Source of the DNA: an uncultured Muribaculaceae bacterium
Lineage (GTDB): Bacteria > Bacillota_I > Bacilli_A > RF39 > UBA660
Reading direction: 5' to 3'
Assembly (NCBI GenBank): GCA_964464565.1
Contig: CAYXGK010000002.1
Coordinates: forward strand, 1,858 to 34,612
DNA: 32,755 nucleotides
Shown: positions 23,712 through 32,701 of the stretch, in pieces
How positions within the stretch are numbered: the first letter of the stretch is position 1
Layout of the letters: each line of letters starts with the position of its first letter
Program-made: the position numbers and the translations under genes
The notes under the pieces: model-generated
Told to the model about the DNA's origin: nothing
The model's database searches: none
What the model saw: the letters and a program-made list of their open reading frames with translations, nothing else

Positions 23712-25472
23712 ATGCTAAAAGAAAAATTAAAATTAATACCCAAGAAACCTGGGTGTTATATTTATAAAGATAAAGATAATATTATTATTTATGTTGGTAA
23801 AGCAAAAGTATTAAAATCAAGAGTTAATTCTTATTTTAATAATGTTCATACTGGAAAAACAGCTTTACTAGTAAAAAATATAGCTGATGTAGAGTTTATT
23901 GTTACTAATTCAGAGCTTGAGGCTCTTCTTTTAGAAATAAACTTAATAAAAAAACACACTCCAAAATACAATATAATGTTAAGAGATGATAAATCCTATC
24001 CGTATATTGAAATAACTAACGAAAAAGTTCCTAGACTTATAATGACTAGGCCAAAAAATAAGAAAAAAAGAGGAAAATTATTTGGGCCATACCCCAATGT
24101 ATATGCAGCAAGAAAAGTGGTAGAAATAATTAATAGATTATATCCTATTAGAAAGTGTGTTAAATTACCAAAAAAGGTTTGTTTATATTATCATATAGGA
24201 GAATGTTTGGGATATTGCGAACATAGTATAGATAAATCGATTATTGATGAAATGTTAGCAGAGATTACTAAATTTTTAAATGGAAATCATGAAATAGTGA
24301 CAAAAAAAATTAAAGAAAAAATGGATATATATTCAAGTAAATTGAATTTTGAAAAAGCAAAAGAGATGAAAGAATATCTTGAATATATTGATATTACTTT
24401 AAAATCACAAAACATTGACTTAAATGATAATATAGATAGAGATATAATTGGATATTATGTACAAAGTAATTATATGTCAGTTAAAGTACTATCTTTAAGG
24501 GGTGGAAAACTTGTAGAAACTGATTCTGATATATTTGAAATAATATCAGATGAAATAGATGAATTAACATATTACATAAATTTATTTTATGCTAAAAATT
24601 ATAAACCTAAAGAAATATTAATACCATCTAATTTAAACTCAAAATTAATAGAAGAATCTACTAATATTAAAACAATAATACCTATTAAGGGTAAGAAAAA
24701 AGAGCTAGTTGATATGGCAAATAACAATGCAAAGATTTCTCTTGAACAAGAATTAGAAATAATTAGAAAGAAAGATGAATCAATACTAGAAGCGATAGAT
24801 GATTTAAAGAAACTATTAAATATAGAAAGTGTTAATAGGATAGAATCGTTTGATAACTCACATTTATTTGGTACCTTTACAGTATCAGGAATGGTAGTAT
24901 TTACTTTGGGAAAACCGGATAAAAAAGAATATAGAAAATATAAAATAATAAGTGAGTCAAAAGATGATTACAATATTATGAAGGAAGTTATTTATAGGAG
25001 GTATTTTAGAGCTTTAATTGACAAATTAGAGCTACCTAATCTAATAATACTAGATGGTGGAAAACAACAGGTGAGTGCTGCTAAAGAGGTTTTATATAGT
25101 TTAAATTTAAATATACCAATATGCGGTTTAATAAAAGATAATAAACATTCTACCTCATCACTTTTATACAAAGACAATATTATTAATATCAATAGGAGTA
25201 GTTCGCTTTTTCATCTTCTAGAAAGAATACAAGATGAAGTACATAGATTTACTATAAGTTATCATAAAAATATAAGGAGCAAAGGATTAATTGCTTCTGT
25301 ATTGGATGAAATACCTAAGGTAGGAGAAAAAACAAAAAAGGAAATATTAAAAAAATATACTATAGAAGAATTAAAAGAGTTATCAATTGAAGAATTAAAC
25401 AAAGATTTTAATAAAGATGTATCTAAAAATATATTTGATTATTTTAATAATATAAAAGGTAATAAAATATGA
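23712..25472 (+). CDS. uvrC: excinuclease ABC subunit C
   Basis: I prefer the ATG at 23712 (GGTGA 5 nt upstream) over the TTG at 23700. GIY-YIG motif 'GCYIYKDKDNIIIYVGKAKVLKSRVNSYF', 'YNIMLRDDKSYPYI', a C-terminal endonuclease region ('IESFDNSHLFG', 'PNLIILDGGKQQ') and an HhH tail. Confidence 0.92.
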   Translation: MLKEKLKLIPKKPGCYIYKDKDNIIIYVGKAKVLKSRVNSYFNNVHTGKTALLVKNIADVEFIVTNSELEALLLEINLIKKHTPKYNIMLRDDKSYPYIEITNEKVPRLIMTRPKNKKKRGKLFGPYPNVYAARKVVEIINRLYPIRKCVKLPKKVCLYYHIGECLGYCEHSIDKSIIDEMLAEITKFLNGNHEIVTKKIKEKMDIYSSKLNFEKAKEMKEYLEYIDITLKSQNIDLNDNIDRDIIGYYVQSNYMSVKVLSLRGGKLVETDSDIFEIISDEIDELTYYINLFYAKNYKPKEILIPSNLNSKLIEESTNIKTIIPIKGKKKELVDMANNNAKISLEQELEIIRKKDESILEAIDDLKKLLNIESVNRIESFDNSHLFGTFTVSGMVVFTLGKPDKKEYRKYKIISESKDDYNIMKEVIYRRYFRALIDKLELPNLIILDGGKQQVSAAKEVLYSLNLNIPICGLIKDNKHSTSSLLYKDNIININRSSSLFHLLERIQDEVHRFTISYHKNIRSKGLIASVLDEIPKVGEKTKKEILKKYTIEELKELSIEELNKDFNKDVSKNIFDYFNNIKGNKI

Positions 25473-25496
25473 TAAAATGGATAAAGAAGGTGTTTT

Positions 25497-27152
25497 ATGA
25501 ATAAAGAATTAGCAAATTTAATTTTTAAAGATATAGATAAGACTGTATCTGATTATGAAAAAATGTATCCAATTAGAAATCTTAAAGAAGGTGCAATAGT
25601 AACTAGATATGCACCATCTCCAACTGGATTTATTCATATTGGAGCACTACTAGCTAGTTTTATAGCTAGTAGATTTTCTAAACAAACTAACGGGGTAATA
25701 TTTTTAAGAATAGAAGATACTGATACAAAAAGAACTATAGAAAATGGTATTGAAAATATTATAAATGGTTTAAAAGAATTTGATATAACATTTGATGAAG
25801 GACCAATTAGTGAGACAAAATCTATAGGTAATTATGGTCCATATATTCAAAGCGAAAGAAAAGAAATTTATCACGCTTTTGTTAAGCATCTAATAGAACA
25901 GGACTTAGCTTATCCTTGTTTTTGTTCTGAAGAAGAACTAGATATAACTAGGAAGATGCAAACAGAAGCTAAAGAAAGAATGGGTTACTATGGTAAATGG
26001 GCAAAATGTAGACATTTATCTACATCAGAAATGATTAAAAAAATTAAAAACAATGAACCATATGTAATTAGATTTAAGTCTCCTGGAGATTTTAATAAAG
26101 TAGTGGAATGTGTAGATTTAATTAAAGGCAAAATCGAAATGCCAGAAAACGATTTGGATATAGTAATAATGAAATCTGATGGTTTACCGACATATCATTT
26201 TGCCCACCTTGTAGATGATCACTTAATGAGAACAACACACGTAATAAGAGCTGATGAATGGGTAGCATCTATTCCTATACATATTCAGTTATTTGATGCT
26301 TTTGGTTTTGAAAGACTAAATTATTGCCACATTTCTCCATTATTAAAAAATGAAGATGGAAGTGTTAGAAAATTATCAAAAAGAAAAGATCCAGAGTGTG
26401 CTATGAGTTATTATTCTGAACTTGGAGTACCAAATGAAGCTGTAATGTTGTATTTAGCTACAGTAGCAAATAGTGATTTTGAAGAATGGTACTTAAATAA
26501 TAGAAATAAAACAATAGATGATTTTACATTTACTTTTGATAAAATTGGAACAAGTGGAGCTTTATTTGATTTAGAAAAATTAAAGAGTATATCTAAAGAA
26601 TATATATCAACTTTAAAAGCTAAAGATTTATATGAATATATTTCTGTTTATCTAAAAAAATATGATGAGGAATTTTTTAATATATTTACAAAAGACAAAG
26701 AATTCTCTATAAATATATTAAATGTTCAAAGAGAAGTTGAAAAACCAAGAAAAGATTTAACACATTATGGTAGTGTAAAAAACGAATATGCATATATGTA
26801 TGAAGAATATTATGAAAAAATAGACAAAAATTATATATATCCACTTATGACTGATATTGATGAAGTAAAACAAATATTAAAAAAATATTTAGATACATTC
26901 TATGATGAATCTGACGATCAAGAAACTTGGTTTAATAAAATAAAGGATTTATCTGAACATTTTGGATATGCTAGAGAAGTAAAAGAATATAAAAAAGATC
27001 AAACAAAATATAAAGGTCATGTAGGAGATATATCTACAATACTTAGAATAGCTTTAACATCTAGAGACAAAACAATTGATTTATATAGCATCATGAATAT
27101 ATTAAAAAAAGATATAATAACAACAAGATTTAATAAGATAATAAATAGTTAA
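25497..27152 (+). CDS. gltX: glutamate--tRNA ligase (long form, 551 aa)
   Basis: 'VTRYAPSPTGFIHIGALL' (HIGH region), 'FLRIEDTDTKR', Zn-binding pattern 'CFC...CRH', 'KLSKRK' (KMSKS). Confidence 0.9.
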   Translation: MNKELANLIFKDIDKTVSDYEKMYPIRNLKEGAIVTRYAPSPTGFIHIGALLASFIASRFSKQTNGVIFLRIEDTDTKRTIENGIENIINGLKEFDITFDEGPISETKSIGNYGPYIQSERKEIYHAFVKHLIEQDLAYPCFCSEEELDITRKMQTEAKERMGYYGKWAKCRHLSTSEMIKKIKNNEPYVIRFKSPGDFNKVVECVDLIKGKIEMPENDLDIVIMKSDGLPTYHFAHLVDDHLMRTTHVIRADEWVASIPIHIQLFDAFGFERLNYCHISPLLKNEDGSVRKLSKRKDPECAMSYYSELGVPNEAVMLYLATVANSDFEEWYLNNRNKTIDDFTFTFDKIGTSGALFDLEKLKSISKEYISTLKAKDLYEYISVYLKKYDEEFFNIFTKDKEFSINILNVQREVEKPRKDLTHYGSVKNEYAYMYEEYYEKIDKNYIYPLMTDIDEVKQILKKYLDTFYDESDDQETWFNKIKDLSEHFGYAREVKEYKKDQTKYKGHVGDISTILRIALTSRDKTIDLYSIMNILKKDIITTRFNKIINS

Positions 27153-27153
27153 T

Positions 27154-27181
27154 AAACATTCATTTTTTGAATGTTTTTTTT
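27154..27181 (+). terminator. intrinsic terminator of gltX
   Basis: aaacattca (27154-27162), loop ttttt, tgaatgttt (27168-27176), then a T-run to 27181. Confidence 0.7.
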
Positions 27182-27207
27182 ACATTAATAATCAATTATG
27201 ATATAAT
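27179..27207 (+). promoter_or_regulatory. SigA-type promoter with extended -10 (TTTACA, 17 nt, TGaTATAAT)
   Basis: -35 tttaca (27179-27184), exactly 17 nt of spacer ending in TGa, and a perfect tataat (27202-27207), 29 nt upstream of the GTG at 27236. Confidence 0.6.
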
Positions 27208-27235
27208 TAAAAATATAATAGTGTGGAGGTCTAAT

Positions 27236-28750
27236 GTGAATAGAGTGCTTAAATATTTATCGTTTTTTGTTTTACTATTTGCAATACCAATATTTGTATT
27301 TGCAGATGAATGTTCAATGATTGAAGATAATAACAATATAGATAACAGAGTGTTAACATGTGATAATGTTGATACAACAATAACAAAATATGAATATCCT
27401 AAAGGAAGTACAAATTTTGTTAAATCTTTTGAAAACGAATACTGTGTTGTTGAATGTAGAGAAAATATAGCTCTATCTTTTGATGGTATTAAAAGAGTAT
27501 ATGCTGGGATGAGTTTTACTTATCCATTAAATTTGTCAGCAAAAAGATCATGTAGATCAACAAATAAAAATGTTCAAAATTATGATAGTATTTATAGAAC
27601 TATGGTTAGTTCATATATGGTACTTGGTGGAGTAAGAACAGATGGTAGACCAAGAGCGGATATTAATGATGATGGTAAATTTAATAATGCTGATGTAGCA
27701 TATGTTAATGGCTTGGTTACTTCTTTATTAACTTTAGATGGAAGAAGAGTTTTAGATTTAGATAGAAATAATGTAGTAGATGCAAATGCAGTAGATACTT
27801 TGTATAATGCAATCAACTATATGAAAACACAAAAATCTAGTTGTGATGATTGGAAATCATTAGCGGATTCAAAATATAGTGTAAATCCTGAGGTAAATTT
27901 AAATATTACAACATCAAAAGGAATAGTTTCAAAAAAGTTTGATTATGTTGAAGCACTCCCATATACTAGTACTGTTACAAATGATAGCAGTAATTATTTT
28001 TCTTGTTTATTAAGTGAAAAATTAGTATCAGGATTTAGAGAATTAAACTGTAAGGATGAATTAACTATAATTGGATGGACTGAAATCGCATCAATTACAG
28101 GAAGATATTCTTTACCAAAGGTTGACCTTGAATTATATACCGGAAAAGTAATAAATAAAGGAGAATCTTCATCAACAAAAACATGTTCTGCTGGTGAAAG
28201 ATATTATACTAGTTTAAAAGAAATAACTAGACCAGCATTAAATAATGTTATAGATAAAGGTTATCCTTTAGTTTTAAGTGTTACAGGAATTGGTAATAAT
28301 GTTGATAAAACAGTAGCAAAAAATTTAAATTTAACAGTTAATTGTAATTATCAAGTAAGAAATATAGCATCTCCTCAAGTTGGGGATTCAATATACGAAT
28401 TATATGAAAAATATATAACTAATAAAGAAGGATTGGGGTTATATGAATATAGATCAATTGATTTAGAAAGACCTTTTCCTGATAGAGAACCTCTTGCTAA
28501 TTGGAATGGTAGTGTAAAAGTATTAATTAATGGTAAACAAAGAGATGTTCCATTAAAGGAATACTATATTACAAAAGAAGGAAAAACAATTAGAAATAGA
28601 AACATGTATACAATTATATTAAATGATTCATTAGTAAATAATATAAGAGCTTACAACACATCAGTTCCTTATGGAGTGTTTAATTTAGATAAGAATGAGA
28701 AAAGTGTATTTGTTGAAAGTAATATACAAATAATTCAAAAAGGAGATTAA
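27236..28750 (+). CDS. secreted protein with an internal dockerin-like Ca-binding repeat pair
   Basis: I prefer the GTG at 27236 (GGAGG 6 nt upstream), because the ATG at 27167 in the track lies inside the gltX terminator. Signal peptide 'NRVLKYLSFFVLLFAIPIFVFA/DE'. 'DINDDGKFNNADVAYVNGLV' and 'DLDRNNVVDANAVDTLYNAI' fit the dockerin/EF-hand-like D-x-N/D-x-D/N-G...D...L pattern. Several Cys residues. Confidence 0.6.
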   Translation: MNRVLKYLSFFVLLFAIPIFVFADECSMIEDNNNIDNRVLTCDNVDTTITKYEYPKGSTNFVKSFENEYCVVECRENIALSFDGIKRVYAGMSFTYPLNLSAKRSCRSTNKNVQNYDSIYRTMVSSYMVLGGVRTDGRPRADINDDGKFNNADVAYVNGLVTSLLTLDGRRVLDLDRNNVVDANAVDTLYNAINYMKTQKSSCDDWKSLADSKYSVNPEVNLNITTSKGIVSKKFDYVEALPYTSTVTNDSSNYFSCLLSEKLVSGFRELNCKDELTIIGWTEIASITGRYSLPKVDLELYTGKVINKGESSSTKTCSAGERYYTSLKEITRPALNNVIDKGYPLVLSVTGIGNNVDKTVAKNLNLTVNCNYQVRNIASPQVGDSIYELYEKYITNKEGLGLYEYRSIDLERPFPDREPLANWNGSVKVLINGKQRDVPLKEYYITKEGKTIRNRNMYTIILNDSLVNNIRAYNTSVPYGVFNLDKNEKSVFVESNIQIIQKGD

Positions 28751-28751
28751 A

Positions 28752-31700
28752 ATGAAAGAAGCTTTTTGGGGAATATTTATAATACTTTTAGGGTCAATTG
28801 GAATAGTTGCAATTAATTTATTTCAAAGTTTAACTGTATCCACTGACCAAAATTATTATTTAATGAAAGAAGTTACAAAAGCAGCAATGGCCGATTCAGT
28901 AGACATATCATATTACAGAGCTTTAGGAAAGCCTAGAATTGTAAAAGATGCATTTGTAGAAAACTTAACTAGAAGATTTGCATCTTCAGTTATTTTAAAT
29001 AGTGATTATAAAATAGTAATTCACGATATAGTTGAACAACCACCAAAGGTTAGTTTAAGCTTATTATCAAATACAACCGATTTACAAGGTGAGAAATATA
29101 ATATTTTATTAAATGTAGATTCAGTTTACGAAGGAATGTACGGAAGGGATGTTTTATTTGATGAATCGTTAATAAAATATCCATTTCCAGTAGATCCAAT
29201 TCCTACTAATCAAAATCCTTATGATGATGTAGATGGAAAGTGTCCAAACTCTGAAGTTGGCATTAATGAGTGTATTTCAGGAGATTTACAATTTGTTAAA
29301 TGGGGAGATATATCAGCAATAAATCAAGCAATATGTCCTGAAGATATACCGGGTATTAAGTCTAAATTAAGAGATGCTATATATAAAGAATGTGATTGTG
29401 GAAAATGGAGTGAAGAAATAACAGAATCTGTAAATAGTGTTTTAGTTAGAACTCCTCAAAAAGTAACTCATGAATGGGTTTTTGTAAAAGATGGCCCAGT
29501 AAATGATATAGACACAAAATCAAAACAAGAAGTTTCGGCAGGAATATGTACTGCTGGAATTGAAATATTAATTAAAGATGATCCTCCTTATACCGTGACT
29601 GGTGGAGTTGTATGTCCTCCAGAAGGTATTACAATTCTAGAAGGAAACGAAATAACGCTTTATCCAAGGTATAATTTAAAGAATTCAATAAATAGAGATA
29701 TAAAATGGACAGTTGATGGAGATGAAGTTACTTTAGGACAAGATAGGGGTGGTTGGATTACTTATCCTGATAAGGACTATATTCCTATAAAGGGAAATAG
29801 AGAAGGATTTACAACAGTAAAAGCAACAAGCAGTAATAACAAGACTGCATATTGCAAAGTAACGGTATATAAATTAAGTGATTTTAAGTGTCCTGAGCAA
29901 CCAAGTCAAGTGCTTTCTGGTTCTAAGACATATGCTGTATTAAATAACAATTTAATAATAGATGGAATGACATATAGCATAAAAAACACCTCATTAGCAA
30001 GTATTAATTCTGCTGGAGAAATTTCTACTGTTCCTAATTTGACAGCAGAATCTAATATTACATATACTATTTCAACAAGTAGTAAAAGTGTTGATTGTGA
30101 TCTTAAAATATTACCATTAGATACAGAAAAAATAGTAGAAGTGTTTCCATCAAATAGTATTACTTGTAATGCTGGAAGTATCCAAAGTGTAAGATGGAAT
30201 GTTTCGCTTCCTACATTATGTCCTGAATTAAAGGGGATTCACGATGGATTAACTTTGCTTAATTATGCTAATGCTTCATTAAGCTTAAAATATTGTGGGC
30301 ATTCAGCAAAAATAAATAAACCTTCATGTAGATCAGTTTGGGATGTTAACGATAAAATATCTTTAAGTGGAAATTCACCCAATGCAAGAGTAGGGGCAGT
30401 AGTAACATATTATAACGATTCATATAAAATTGACGTTACTGCGGAAGTTAACCATAATGGATGGCAAGACGATTTAATAGGATGCACTGAAAAAAGCACG
30501 TTTTCTTCTTTTACTACAACGTTTACTGGAAGGTATGGTGAACCTGGATCTTGTCCAAGAATAAACCAATCAAATTATCATGCAACATTATCTTTCCCAA
30601 GTGAATTAATGATGGGAGATAAACCAAAAACTATATCCTTATCGGGTACACCAAATCCAAAAAATAAATATTCTTTAGAAATCGAAAATAATGGAGCAAT
30701 ATTAAAACATACATCTCTATCTAAGTTACCAGTGGACATAAGTTTTGAAAAAGGAATGAGCGGTAATATAACTGTACGTTTAATTGAAATCGATGAACAA
30801 ATGAATAGAAAGGCTGTAGATGATGCTACAATAGCAGTAAATTCAAATGTTTGTGCATGGGTTGGATTTTCTGATCTGAATCCAAAAGTTTCTGTAGGAG
30901 GTTCCGCTGTTCAATCTATAATTAATACTCAAGGCGATGCAAACACACTTATTAAACAGGGAGCTTCGTGGAGTATTACTACAGCTGGAGGGGCAAAATA
31001 TTTAGAATTAGGTTGCAGTGGTTTGTCAAACACTTGTTCTTTAAAAGGAATTAATTTTGATGATTCACAAGAAGGTGGGAAGACAATAGTAGGATACAAA
31101 GCCACACTTGAATCTCAATGTACTATGCCACAAACTAGTAGCGGAACTATTAGAATATGTCCTGCAGGAAATTATTATTGTAATTCAAAGACAAGTTATT
31201 CAACATTATCTGGAGACAAGTGTGTTAATTTAGCTTCGAGTATGAATTCTAAGTGTGATTCTAGCCAAATAACTCATGGTGGAAAGTGCTATGTTGCAGC
31301 AGATTTACCAAGTGGTACATATCATGAACCTACATGCCCAACTGGAAGCACATTGCAGTGTGCTGCTGGAAGCAGTCAAGGATGTAGCTCATACTTTTGC
31401 GGAACAAAAAAAGCATCAAAAACTTGTGTGTGTCCAAGTGGAACGGTTACTTTAAATAGTAAATGTTATGCAAAAGTAGATTCAAAGTCTAATTGCTCAA
31501 AGCATTCAGATGGTTATATTTCTGGACAAGATTGTTATTATGATGTAAAAAGTAAAGATTGTTCTTGCCCGAAAAATACTGCAAAAACAGCCGCTGGAGA
31601 TTGTTATTATACCGTCCCATATACATCTGCATATTACAGTTGCGATTCCGGAGGAACTCTGGTAAATGCAAGTAAATGTGTATATTCAAATACGGCTGAT

Positions 31701-31799
31701 GTTCCTAAATCATCTTGCGAAGGATATAATTATTATAAGTATTTTTATGAAGGAAAATGTTATTACGGTGAAAACGCAAAAGAATCTTGTTCACAATAA
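28752..31799 (+). CDS. large N-terminally anchored surface protein with a Big_2-like Ig domain and a Cys-rich C-terminal repeat array
   Basis: 1015 aa with RBS AGGAG. N-terminal helix 'AFWGIFIILLGSIGIVAINLF'. 'ITILEGNEITLYPRYN...IKWTVDGDEVTL...GFTTVKATSSNNKTAYCKVTVY' resembles a bacterial Ig-like group 2 domain. The last ~215 aa hold about 8 repeats of C-x(9-14)-C-[YV]. Confidence 0.6.
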   Translation: MKEAFWGIFIILLGSIGIVAINLFQSLTVSTDQNYYLMKEVTKAAMADSVDISYYRALGKPRIVKDAFVENLTRRFASSVILNSDYKIVIHDIVEQPPKVSLSLLSNTTDLQGEKYNILLNVDSVYEGMYGRDVLFDESLIKYPFPVDPIPTNQNPYDDVDGKCPNSEVGINECISGDLQFVKWGDISAINQAICPEDIPGIKSKLRDAIYKECDCGKWSEEITESVNSVLVRTPQKVTHEWVFVKDGPVNDIDTKSKQEVSAGICTAGIEILIKDDPPYTVTGGVVCPPEGITILEGNEITLYPRYNLKNSINRDIKWTVDGDEVTLGQDRGGWITYPDKDYIPIKGNREGFTTVKATSSNNKTAYCKVTVYKLSDFKCPEQPSQVLSGSKTYAVLNNNLIIDGMTYSIKNTSLASINSAGEISTVPNLTAESNITYTISTSSKSVDCDLKILPLDTEKIVEVFPSNSITCNAGSIQSVRWNVSLPTLCPELKGIHDGLTLLNYANASLSLKYCGHSAKINKPSCRSVWDVNDKISLSGNSPNARVGAVVTYYNDSYKIDVTAEVNHNGWQDDLIGCTEKSTFSSFTTTFTGRYGEPGSCPRINQSNYHATLSFPSELMMGDKPKTISLSGTPNPKNKYSLEIENNGAILKHTSLSKLPVDISFEKGMSGNITVRLIEIDEQMNRKAVDDATIAVNSNVCAWVGFSDLNPKVSVGGSAVQSIINTQGDANTLIKQGASWSITTAGGAKYLELGCSGLSNTCSLKGINFDDSQEGGKTIVGYKATLESQCTMPQTSSGTIRICPAGNYYCNSKTSYSTLSGDKCVNLASSMNSKCDSSQITHGGKCYVAADLPSGTYHEPTCPTGSTLQCAAGSSQGCSSYFCGTKKASKTCVCPSGTVTLNSKCYAKVDSKSNCSKHSDGYISGQDCYYDVKSKDCSCPKNTAKTAAGDCYYTVPYTSAYYSCDSGGTLVNASKCVYSNTADVPKSSCEGYNYYKYFYEGKCYYGENAKESCSQ

Positions 31800-31808
31800 A
31801 GGAGTAAA

Positions 31809-32588
31809 ATGAAAAAAGTATTATTTTATATGTTATTAATGTTAATCACAACAACGAATGTTTTTTCTTTAGAACAAGATAAAACAGTAATTAAAAACCA
31901 AAATACTAAGATAGTGATTCTATCAGATAAAATATATTCTATTGAAACAGACTTAGACGTATTTACGTATTTTGGAACAAAACCCTCTGAACATTATTTT
32001 TATAATTTATTAAAAAATAAATACTCATATAAGTATAATAATAAACAAAAAAACTATATAGTTGAACATGAAATAATTGACTCAAATTCAACTAATGAAA
32101 TGGGGTCAATTATTGGAGATGACGGATTAATGTTGACTTTTGGAAGTACCAAAAAATTATTGAATGAAAACGAAAGTATTAATATAAAATATGAGTCTAC
32201 ATTTGATATAACCCAAAACAATACATATTCATATTCTATTGTCGATAATGATTATGATACAAATAAAACTACGTTCGAAATAATTTTTCCTTTTGAACTG
32301 ATGGAGAGTAACATATTTTTTTCAAAAGATGGAAAAAAGTTTGACAGTACAATTGATGGATTAAAATATGAAATTATTGAGAATACTGTAATTAAAGGAT
32401 CATATAATAATAAATTAAATAAAGATCAAATTTTAAGCTTTTTAGTATTTGAAAAAAATAACGTTCAAAACAATTCAAATAATAATTATATATTATATTT
32501 AATTATAGGGATAATTATCAGTCTTATTATAATTGTTATATTAAAAAGAAAAAAAGCAAAAATTGAAATAATTGACATTATTGAATAA
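31809..32588 (+). CDS. exported protein with a C-terminal membrane anchor
   Basis: 259 aa with RBS AAGGAG. Signal peptide 'KKVLFYMLLMLITTTNVFS/LE'. C-terminal helix 'ILYLIIGIIISLIIIVIL' followed by 'KRKKAK'. Confidence 0.55.
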   Translation: MKKVLFYMLLMLITTTNVFSLEQDKTVIKNQNTKIVILSDKIYSIETDLDVFTYFGTKPSEHYFYNLLKNKYSYKYNNKQKNYIVEHEIIDSNSTNEMGSIIGDDGLMLTFGSTKKLLNENESINIKYESTFDITQNNTYSYSIVDNDYDTNKTTFEIIFPFELMESNIFFSKDGKKFDSTIDGLKYEIIENTVIKGSYNNKLNKDQILSFLVFEKNNVQNNSNNNYILYLIIGIIISLIIIVILKRKKAKIEIIDIIE

Positions 32589-32672
32589 ATTAATATAGTA
32601 TAGTCATTGAAATTTTATAATAAATTAAAGTGAAATGACTATAAGTAAAATAACTAATAAAATAAAAAAAAG

Positions 32673-32701
32673 AGAATTAACTAAAAAAGTTAATTCTTTT
32701 T
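32673..32701 (+). terminator. intrinsic terminator of the envelope operon
   Basis: agaattaac (32673-32681), loop taaaaaa, gttaattct (32689-32697), then tttt. Confidence 0.65.

Noticed and set aside
103-31689. Remaining minus-strand ORFs in the track: 103-297, 324-608, 3157-3417, 4598-4810, 4881-5096, 4886-5083, 5782-6171, 7884-8330, 24992-25192, 27592-27816, 31489-31689.
   Set aside because: All are embedded antisense in confidently identified + strand genes (rel, hydCBA, uvrC and others). They have low-complexity hydrophobic translations and no recognisable motifs or ribosome-binding sites.
32599-32643. A 10-bp perfect inverted repeat, tatagtcatt ... aatgactata, with a 25-nt spacer, downstream of the last CDS.
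   Set aside because: It has no T-run and a large AT-rich loop. The true terminator appears to be the hairpin at 32673-32701. In this base composition such repeats occur by chance. It remains a possible protein-binding site, but that is unsupported.
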